DNA of 63,957 bases, filler included, from Guillardia theta CCMP2712 (taxonomy: Eukaryota; Protista; Cryptophyta), in assembly GCF_000315625.1 (NCBI RefSeq). It is 4 parts of 4 records of this genome, joined end to end, with 100 filler letters (N's around TTAATTAATTAA, not from the genome) between each part and the next. Parts side by side here need not be neighbours in the genome. Positions count along the whole stretch, not along the records: positions 33,907 to 62,342 come from NW_005434580.1; 3 more parts are not named here. One strand, given 5' to 3'. A program made the position numbers and the translations under genes. The notes below the pieces were generated by a model. It had not been told where the DNA came from, made no database searches, and was given only the letters and a program-made list of their open reading frames with translations. Position 1 is the stretch's first letter. Every line of letters begins with the position of its first letter. Positions 49,812-59,236 of the stretch are shown in pieces.

Positions 49812-50716
49812 CGACGACGACGACGACGACGATGATGATGATGATGATGACATTGATGCTATGATGATTATGGGGACGGAGATGATGGTGATGAATAGTT
49901 CGAAGTAGGGCAGGCACATGAAAATTCGTGGTCGTTTTGTGCTTCCCATGTCATGATATGTTCTCACTGCTTCTCGAATGATCAATTTCATTTGCATCGT
50001 CAGTGGTCAGCAAGGCATACTATGGGTCAGATGTTCAACAAGATTGTAGGGAGCTTTGTTCCTTCAGTAACGGGAGGGCTGACCAGATACGTAAGCACTA
50101 GTATCCTTCCTCTCCTGCCATCTTCTTCTCTCTCCTGCCATCCATGCTCTCTCCTCTTTCTCTCCTGCCCCATCTTCCCTTCTCTTCCCCTTCCCTTCTG
50201 TCTCCCCTACTCCTTTCCTCTGCTTCCGTCCTTTCCCCTCTCCTCTCCTCTCCTCTCCTCTCCTCTCCCCTCCCCTCCTTTTCCCCGTTTCTCTCGCTGA
50301 CCCCACAACAGCTGTCCCGCCTTGTTCAGATACACTTCACCTGCCTCCCAAACGTCGCCGGCGTCGCCACCTTCTCCTCCCACTTGCGCATCGAGTTCCC
50401 GAGCATTCTGGGGTCCATCCACACGCCATGGAAGAAAGTCGTCTGTGTACCCCTGGACGGGCGCCTGGTCCCCATAGGAGACAACAAGTTCACTTGCTAC
50501 TGCCCCTACATGCGCGGAGAGGCAGGGAACGTGCAGTGGTGGGAGGCGTACTTCAGGAAGGAGGAGAACAGGCTAGTTTGTTACCACACTCGAGTCGTGT
50601 TCTGTGGGGAGGACGAGGTCCATGGGAGGATTATCAAGGTGGTGGGGGAAGTTCTCAAGGGCGATAGCAGCGAGTGCACGTTGGATTTTCAGCATGTGCT
50701 CAAATGGTTGGGATAA
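47778..50716 (+). CDS. Multi-exon atypical bHLH-like + PAS-like protein (putative transcription factor); an upstream exon is possible
   Basis: Phase-consistent exons 47778-47867, 47923-47982, 48032-48085, 48138-48220, 48271-48345, 48554-48629 and 48675 onward, all with GT..AG introns. They give KTKELLDCLDCLVP...RRTVLQLYEDCIVHIKSI (HLH-like), then FITLRVPSLVVESASQMVQYWYRNSPFRTLRGQNILHFIDYSD (PAS-like). Linkage to the last exon ending at 50716 is inferred. Confidence 0.65.
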
Positions 50717-50801
50717 GTGTTATCCTCCTCCTCCTCCTCCACCACCACCACCACCACCACCACTACCTCACATCCTCCTCCTCCTTCACCTCCTCCTTCA
50801 C

Positions 50802-50901
50802 NNNNNNNNNNNNNNNNNNNNNNNNNNNNNNNNNNNNNNNNNNNNNNNNNNNNNNNNNNNNNNNNNNNNNNNNNNNNNNNNNNNNNNNNNNNNNNNNNNN
50901 N
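50802..50901. other. Assembly gap (100 N)
   Basis: Run of Ns with no spacer. Confidence 0.97.
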
Positions 50902-50935
50902 CCTCTTCTTCTAAAAGCTCCTTTTTTTATTTTAT

Positions 50936-53900
50936 AGGGGACCTCTCCTCCTCGCATTGCCCCTCCTCCTGCCCCTCCTGCCTCCTCTGCCTTCCTCTTC
51001 TGCCCTGCTCCTTCCTCTGCAGGCAGAGCATTCCCTGCTGCTGCTGCTGCTGCTGACTCTGCCTCTAGTTTCTCCTGCTCCTCCTGCTGTTTCTGACTTT
51101 GCACAGTCTGCACGAGCAGCATCAGAGGAGGGAGGGGGAGAGGACAAGGGAGAGGAGGGAGGGGAAGGGACAGGTTGATGAGGGAGGACATGCAGGAGCA
51201 GAGCCAACGGAGTGAGAAGACGAAAGAGTTAGTGCAGGAGGGGAGGATGGAGGAGAGAGAGCTGGGAAGGGACGGGGAGGAAGGAGATTGAAGGAGGAGG
51301 AGTATAGGAGAAGGAGGAGAGGGGAGGAGTGGAGGGTATGAGAGGAGGAGAACGTGGAGAGGGATGGTGGAAGGGAACCTTTGTTATGACTTCGTCCCAG
51401 GAAGGAAGGTCCTTGATAGCTTCAGGACAAATAGTCATTGACAAGCAAAAGCCTCCTCCTCGTCCTCCTCCTCCTCCCTCCACCTCATCCTTCTCCTCCC
51501 ATTCCTCCCTCTTCTCCTCGTGCCCCTGCTCCTTCTCCTCCCCTTCCTCCCACTACGCATGCTCTTCCTCCTCTCCATACCCTCCTCCCTCAGTCCCTCC
51601 CTCCTCACCTTTTCCCTTCCCGTCGGTTGCTGACCCTGACGCGCCCGACTGACTTTTAGGGAAGAGAGGAAGGAACGTAGACTCGAGATACTGATCGGGC
51701 GACCAGTGGTTGGGCTTCTCCTACACCGAGAGACGATCAGAGGGGAAACAGAGGCGAAGGAAAGCAGGGAGGGAGGGAGGGAGGGAGTAAGAGGGAGTAA
51801 GAGGGAGTAAGGGGGAGGGAGGGAGGAAGGGAGGGAGGGAAGAGGAAGAGGAAGAGGAAGAGGAAGAGGGGGAGACGAGGAGGAGGTGGACGTAGAGACC
51901 AGATCGCTGTGAAGCGCGTCGTCTCCTTTGACTAGGACATTCATGCGAAGATAAAACATGCGCATGAAGATGTTGACCTGCAATAAGAGTGATGAAAGAA
52001 GAGGAAGACAAGAAACGGTCGGCGATCTAGGTAGCGATGGTGGTGGTGGTGGTGATGGCCTCTCCTTCACCATCATGACCACCACCATCATCATCATCAT
52101 CATCACCACCACCACCACCACCACCACCACCATCGTCATCTCCATCATCATCATCATCTCCGTCATCATCATGAACAAAGTGACTATCCTCACCAAGTGT
52201 TTCCGGCACTCCTCCTTCGCGTGATAGCACATGAGCTGCAGGCATGGTCATCACAACTGACAACTTGTCAAACATCTCAGTCACATAGTAAGCCATCGGC
52301 GAGAGCGTTACTGTGTTGCTCTACGGCACCAGTCACTCCTCATACCCCCCCGCACGCCCTTCCAACCTCCGATTGCACCCCCGGCGTGTAGTACTCCTTG
52401 AAGATCCTGCCCGCAGGTCAAGCCCAGCTGGGAGAGAGCTGTGAGTACCTGCTCTGGCACACGTGGTCCCACTTGAAAAGCCCGCGAAGATGGAGGTACT
52501 GGGAGGAGCCAGTCAGCGGCGGCGGGCGAGATGCTGCCTCTGAGAGGCACCTGCTCTCGATGCTGCTCGTAGTGATCGTCCTTGGCCAGGTCCAGCAGGG
52601 CATGAGCAGCAGCAACCTGGGCGAAGCATGAGGGCCAGGGGTTGATTGACATTGCAAAACATGAAGAACGTGTCCGATTGTGACACATCTACGACCTCTA
52701 CACGTGAAAGATCGGACATTTCTGCGTGTGAAACATCGCCATGTACCTTAGTTCCATCAAGATCGTACTCTATCAGCTCAAGAGTAAGGTAGACCAGGAC
52801 GGGATACAAAACCTGCTCCAACAATCACCCTCTCCCTCGCTTCAGTACAAGGAATCAAGCGCTCACAGGTAAGAGCTCCTTCTTGTAGATCTTTGCATCC
52901 AGAGTGAGAAAGTTTTACAATTACAAAGAGGACAGAGCAAGTCTCACGGGTTTTGAGTTGTGTATGAACTGCCGCAGCCTGATGTACGTCCCTGCATATT
53001 CTGACATGGAAACTCGTCAGGCTGACAGCAACAAAACAGCGCAGCCAAGATCGGTGACAGTCATGAGAGGGAAGACAGAGTAATGAACCTGGAGTGGGTG
53101 ACTTGATGATGAAGAAGAAGCCCATGTTGTCTGCAAAAAATTGTCTGCGGATTGCATCGCCTACGGGGCCGCTGTTGAACAATCAGCATCAGCCACACAA
53201 AGGAGTAGGAAGTCAACGATCGAACCATCTGCTGTTCTTCTCCATGAGATCTTGGCAGATCAGGTTGAGGTCGTGCTTCAAGACATCAAACTGAAACCGA
53301 TCAAGTCATCCTGGACAACAACTTTCCCAGCTCTCACCGCCCTATGTCTGATTGCTCCTGTCCTCGTCAACCAGTTCGTTTGCACTGTCTTGAGGGGGAA
53401 CTTGCAGATTTTCTCAACGAGGGTGGAGAAAACTGGAAGCACTGAACGTCACACATCATAGAGCAGAGCAAACCAAACTCTGACCGATCCTCGTCCGTCC
53501 CTTGCGCAGTTGCAAACGGAAAGTTTCCTCGAAGCTATGACACTACCACACGTCATTACCGTCTCCGCTAGGACTCCCTTGCACCTTCAGCCATGCAGTG
53601 ACGAGCAGCAGGTCCTCGTTGATCTCTTGCGACGGTTCAGCTGTTACCACATGTCAGCCATGAGCCAGCAGACCAACTCGCATCCTCCAGCAGGTTTCCC
53701 CGGTCGCACCTGAACGTGAGTTCCCAGCACTTGAGTTCGTGGGTCCATTCACAACTTTCGTTGGCGGCATGGCCTTCTGGTCCTGTTGCTGGGATCAAAT
53801 CAGTCCAATACAAGGATACTTGTCAAGCAATTAAATTATGTTCGCTGTCTGAGAGCATGGCCTCGTCCTACCGCATTATTCACACAACTTCTCGCTTGAT

Positions 53901-53950
53901 CGAAACGTCACCAAAAGGTCCTCGTGCAAACCATCGGCAAGCATCTCATC
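50936..53950 (-). CDS. Multi-exon protein, possibly a divergent TAF2-like (M1 aminopeptidase fold) protein; ends uncertain
   Basis: Colinear weak similarities to recalled TAF2 segments: ELKCWELTFRC, GDAIRRQFF, LTLELIEYDLDGTKVH, VAAAHALL..LFKIFKEYY, VMTMPAAHVLSREGGVPETL. Not searched. Confidence 0.4.
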
Positions 53951-54364
53951 ACCAAAATTCGGATCTTATCGGATGTTGGTATGGCACACAGAGAATGGAT
54001 CAAAATGTTCCTCTCACTCATACTCAAAAAATCCTATCAGCCTCTCTACATGATACAACCACTCCCTATCTCCTCCTCCACACTGTTCCTGGAGACCCTT
54101 CCCATCCGTCCTCCCTGGAAACTCACTCTCATCCTTCACTTGCACACTACTTATTCCCCCTTCATTCGATGTGCTTCCTCCATTCCGCTCCTCCCCTCCT
54201 CCTGTCCTCCTCCTCCTCCACTTACCCCTGCCGCCTGCATTCTTCTCAAATTCTGCACCACCTCCCCTCACTGTCCCAGTTTCATCTCAGGCCCGGGCCC
54301 GGGCCGCCGGGCCGCGCCCCGCGGGCGGGCGGCTCTGATCGGACCTACCGTAGTACCGTTCTCA

Positions 54365-54393
54365 TTTACTCAAAGTTAAGTTAAAAATCAGTA
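54365..54393 (+). repeat. Dispersed intergenic motif, copy E (29-nt core)
   Basis: TTTACTCAAAGTTAAGTTAAAAATCAGTA exact; TCAGGAGAG reappears at 54413-54421. Confidence 0.9.
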
Positions 54394-54784
54394 TGGACCT
54401 TGAATCGCTGAGTCAGGAGAGTAAAAAATATACTATGATAGGGTACGGACTCGAACTCGGAATTTGCGGCCGGGCAGCAAGCCCAGCCGGAGGTTGCCAT
54501 GCCGGCCCGGATCACTTATCCGATTATCAATGATAGACCGTGCCACACCGATCACCGCCCCGGTGTCCCAGCGATCGGATCTCAATTGTTCCCATGCCTA
54601 CATGATACTCACGATCAGTAGACTCAAAGACGAGAGTCAGCCTGATAGTACTCAGCTCGGACAGACTGTTCGAAAGTTTTACAGAGTCAGACCGGCGGCT
54701 GTTTCTGTGACTGACTCACGGTCATCGGGAGCACTGCGGCAGACCCGGCCCGGGGGAAGAAGGTAGCTCCGCGGCTGATGAGTT

Positions 54785-56266
54785 TTACTCCAGCACGTAC
54801 ATATCTTTGAGCCTGGGAGGAGGGTCGAACATCGACCCCGGCGCTTCCCCTGGCTGCTCATTCTCCGGCGTCGGAGGAGGCAGGAGCTCGTGCGGCCCCT
54901 TCCTGTTCTTGTAGCACTGCATGCTTGACTCGTATGAAGGGATGAAAATGGAGTTGTTGTGGTCCAGGTCGAGATGGAGCGGTCGCCCATGGCCGAACCA
55001 CAGCGGCCCGTCGAGTGTGCTCGATGCGATCCTGATAGTTCGTACCCGCCAGTGAGAGGAGGGACGATAGGGGGAGGGTGCAGACAACGTACCTCAGCGT
55101 TGATGCTTGACGCAACTCTCCACTGATGCAGATCTGCACATGACAAGACGGGTCCTCGTGATTCACGGAGTCTCATCGGAGCAACACTAGCAGGCCTCTC
55201 ACCCCGAGTTTCACGCCGCGGATCACTGAGTTCTCTACGAGAATGCTTGTGTTCTGATACAAGCAACCATCAGTCGCAGTCGTCAGGTACAGCATCTCTC
55301 AACACTCACCTGGTCAGTCCCGAGGGCATAGCTGACGTTCTCAATCCTTGATTCGTTGACGCTAATCTTCGCTGAGTCTGCAACGACGGGATCATTCAAG
55401 GTCAGAAGAAGCAAGCCCTCGGCAAACCTGTTCCCAAGATGGCGAACAAAGAATTGCGGATCTTACATCGCTGGAAACTGGAACTTGTCCATAGGACTTA
55501 GTCGCTCTCACACGAGATCTTGAGTTGTCTACCTTGACTGCTCCGTGCTGAACACAGCTCTAGAACATCGCGCCGGTCCTACCCCGTGCCCTTGTAGCTC
55601 ACAATCGCTGAAACTTGCCTAGAAACCATCACGGAGCTTCGCCAAGGTAGTGGAGGGTTCGGTCACCTGAGACATGGACATGCTCTGAACAGCGACGCCT
55701 CCTACGTTGATCATGAGCTCGTGGACGGAACGATGTATGGTCAACCTCCTGATACAAAATGACATCCCGCAAACGACCAGTCTCCGCCTTGAGTTCGGTC
55801 AGAAAAGGTGCAGGCTGCTGCGAGGTAGATCAAACTACCACGTATGCTCATACAAGGCAGCTGCATTTCCCTTGCAAACCTGCGAGACTATCAATCATGA
55901 AACTTGTCTCGTTCTTCTTTCCTGTAATCGTCCATGCAGCGTGAAAACGCCATTCTCTATCAACCAGGTCACGGAGCGCTTTCACGTTCAGCGTCAGACC
56001 TCGAATCTCCCTGCGCCTCCATGGCACAGGGTCTCGCCATTCAGCACCTGGTCCTCGCACCCCTCAAAGACGCTCTTGCCATGGAACACCCAGGGCTCTG
56101 TGACAGACGTGAGCTTGTGTGGGAATCTGACCCTGGGCGGGTTCGCATCGAGCAGCTTTCGCAGGGCTGCTGCGTCCCCATCAAAGTCCAACGCCAGGCT
56201 GAGCAGCAGGTCCATGCATGCAAGGAGCACGAGGACTCTGAGAGGATGTATCGTCCGAGCTCGCAT
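54785..56266 (-). CDS. Multi-exon secreted hypothetical protein with possible short beta-helix region
   Basis: Leader MRARTIHPLRVLVLLACMDLLLSLA; exons SAKISVNESRIENVSYALGTD, SILVENSVIRGVKLG and TIRIASSTLDGPLWFGHGRP have beta-helix-like spacing. Confidence 0.5.
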
Positions 56267-56543
56267 GATTTCCTGCTGTCGATGTCAGGAGGTGCTACTG
56301 ATCTAAGAAAGCAAGGTTGCTCTTCCCTGCTCTCCCATCGTCTGCTCTTCCTCTCCTGCTCTTCCTCCTCTGCTACTGACGTCTCCTCTCTCCTTCCCTT
56401 AGCTCTCTCTCCTCTCCTCTCCTCTCCTCTCCTCTCCTCTCCTCTCCTCTCCTCTCCTCTCCTCTCCTCTCCTCTCCTCTTCTCCCGTTTCGGGGATTTC
56501 GCAATGCAGCATCGATCCGCTTGGAGCGCACCCGGCTATCGCG

Positions 56544-56583
56544 TTTACTCAAAGTTAAGTTAAAAATCAGTACGAGGACAATC
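56544..56583 (+). repeat. Dispersed intergenic motif, copy F
   Basis: TTTACTCAAAGTTAAGTTAAAAATCAGTACGAGGACAATC. Confidence 0.9.
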
Positions 56584-59236
56584 GCCGTACTGCCGGCTAC
56601 AGTACGGGGTAGTAGTACTAGGCTACTGAGGCCGCGCTGGCCGGGCCGCCGCAGTGCGTCATCCCGGATGATCGGATGATCAAGCCTTGCCCGGCGGCGC
56701 ACTGAGGGCTGGCCGCCCGGCGGGGCCACTGGGCGGGGCGGCCCGGGGCCGGGATGCGGCCTGGCGTCACCGTCAACGTGCGGCGGCCGCCGCAGCACTG
56801 AAGTTCCGGGATCGAGTCATTGACCCCCCGGGTCGGGGGCGAAGGTCACCATGAGGCTATGCGGCCTCAGCGAGCCTCAGCGACTCGCGGCCTCCGCGGC
56901 CCAGGCCCTCAGCCGACTCGGCGAGGCGTCTTTTCCGATCGCCGGGGGGGCCAATCATGGCATGATCGGGGGCCGGGCGGCGGATCGGATGATCATCATG
57001 GCACCCAACTAACCAACCGTGCCACTGGCCCACGGACTCCCCCCGCCGAGTCTCCCAGTGGCGGCGCAGTGCGATCACTGTCACGCCCCGCAGGAGTGAT
57101 ATCGACAGCCCGGACAAACTTGCCTTGAACGGTTACATCCGATCTGAATTGTGATTGATGGCAAACGTTGGCATCTGAAAGTTAACGAGTCGCTGGCATT
57201 GTAATGATTTGAACTGCTGCCTTCGGACCGTTCACGGTTCAAAACGCTGGTGACTCAAAGTTGTATGGATCAACAAGGCTTAGTTGGCTGCCCCGGCGAG
57301 GACTAGGAGTCCTTGTCCACGGTTGTGACCTCAAGTCGGCAGTGAGTTGTACCGTAGTACCTTATCCTCCTCTATATTTCGGTGGTGTAGTGTAGATTCT
57401 GATTACGTGAGCGGTGAGCAGTTTGTTCTTTACCAAATACACTACTGTTCAAGAATCCGATCACCGTCATATGTATAAGTTCTAACAATCGACTCCCCAG
57501 CACTGTTGTGCACATTTTATGACCCCCTGTCCGATCTGCACTTGCTATCTTCCTCCGGCATTTTTATGTTCCTCAAATTCCTTCTGGCATCTCTCACTCC
57601 TGCTGCCATGTGCAATCCAGGCCTTGCTCTTTGTCTACCCTCGCTGACCCTGAAGAACGCTCGCTGTCTTGTCCCAGCTGGCTCCCTGACCTACCTCTAC
57701 CTGCTGTGTGAAATGACAAAGCTCCTCGCTGATCTGCTACTACCTCAGCTGGAATCGTTTGCGTCAGTCACACAGTAAACATTCTTCGTCCTGAGAACCG
57801 CTAGCTCCATCCCCACCCTCCGTTCATCTGGACATCGTTGCTGTTTCTCCCTGACCATCCACCAATAAAATGTGGAGGGAGGGGTGGAGGGGTGGAGCAG
57901 TCGCATCTTAAAATCTTTTAGTTAATAAGAGGGCGAGGTCTGGGACGTGATCAGTAGTAAAGATGTGCTCTGACGTGGATCAGATGGGAAGGGAGGGGTG
58001 GTTAACCCATGGCATGTCAGCAGTGAGGGGTGGGTAAGTGGATTTTGTACTGACGGACAACCCCTACTGCTCAGTACCCTAATGAGGGATACCTCCCCCC
58101 CCCCCCCCCCGGTAGTAAAAAAAACCCTTGGGATGACATTTTTGTGATCATCGAGGATTTTCTGTCAAGTTGAATTCAAGGAGGAAAATTTGGAAAGAAT
58201 TCTTGAAATGAAAAGTTCTCTGGAGTAAAATAAAGCAGGAGATGATCACACACGACCCCATTAATCTGGACCCTGTTTCCTACCCCTACCCCTCTCTCTT
58301 CTGGAAGAAACACCCCTGTATTTCCCCTCTCATCCACCCCTACCCCCCTTTTACCAACTCGTCATTTCCAGTCACAGCAAACGGAGCCATGAATAGACAC
58401 CCCTCACCACCCCCCTTCCTGAGTCTGACCACCCCCCTCCTCCCCCAATGATGAGCGCATTCCGTCGGAATGCTCGAGAGCGTTCACTACCCCTCCCGTT
58501 ACGACTCATTCCACTACCCCTGTCTCCCTAGTCAACCAGACCACCCCCTCCCCACCCCGTTCCTGTGGAGTGACCCCACAACCCTACACTTTAGACCACC
58601 CTACCCCATTTCTTCGGACAAACCTCGAGATGAATCGATGCGTCTTCTCGTCGCTTCAGCAATGGGTTGCAATACTACGGCAGGGTGCTCAATGGCGTGC
58701 CATAGAGCGAGGAATGGAGCGGATGAAGGGGAGTATACGACGATGTTAATGGAGGTATTTGTTGTGTTTGAAGAGATCTGTTCAAAGAAGATCGTGCTTT
58801 ATAGGCCTGCAAACAAAAATATTTCATTTCAGAGATTTCCTAGATACCGAGAGCTAAGTGTTAGATACGGTATCTCCAAATGATGAAGAGAGGACAATGT
58901 GAGAAGTGAAAATGACTGTGCCAAAGATGAATGTGAGTACTCTCTAGTCCTGTGCTACCTTTATCCTATGTGGGAGTTATCTTTGCCCTGGAAGGATAGT
59001 TGAAAAGTTTCATCTGCGCATGAAGATTCCATTTTCTCTCCTAAGCATCAAGTGATATTTGCTTTCTCAGGAGAATGGGCAAGCTAGACGCGGAGAGGTT
59101 CTTTTTCAAGGTATTTTGAGATTCAAATCGTCGGAGCAAAGCTGTGGACGGTGAAAGAGATGGAACAGAAGCTGTTCTCCTTGTACGAGGCATTAAGCTG
59201 TGATAGAGTGCTTCAGTGAGCTCTGTAATTCTTTCG

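Noticed and set aside
54441-54515. B-box-like GAGTTCGAGTCC on the minus strand followed by a T-run (tRNA or SINE head)
   Set aside because: The T-stem does not pair, and there is no cloverleaf or convincing A-box.
57385-57446. 8-bp inverted repeat GTAGTGTA/TACACTAC as a snoRNA or hairpin RNA
   Set aside because: No correctly placed C/D or H/ACA boxes; the stem is short enough to be chance.
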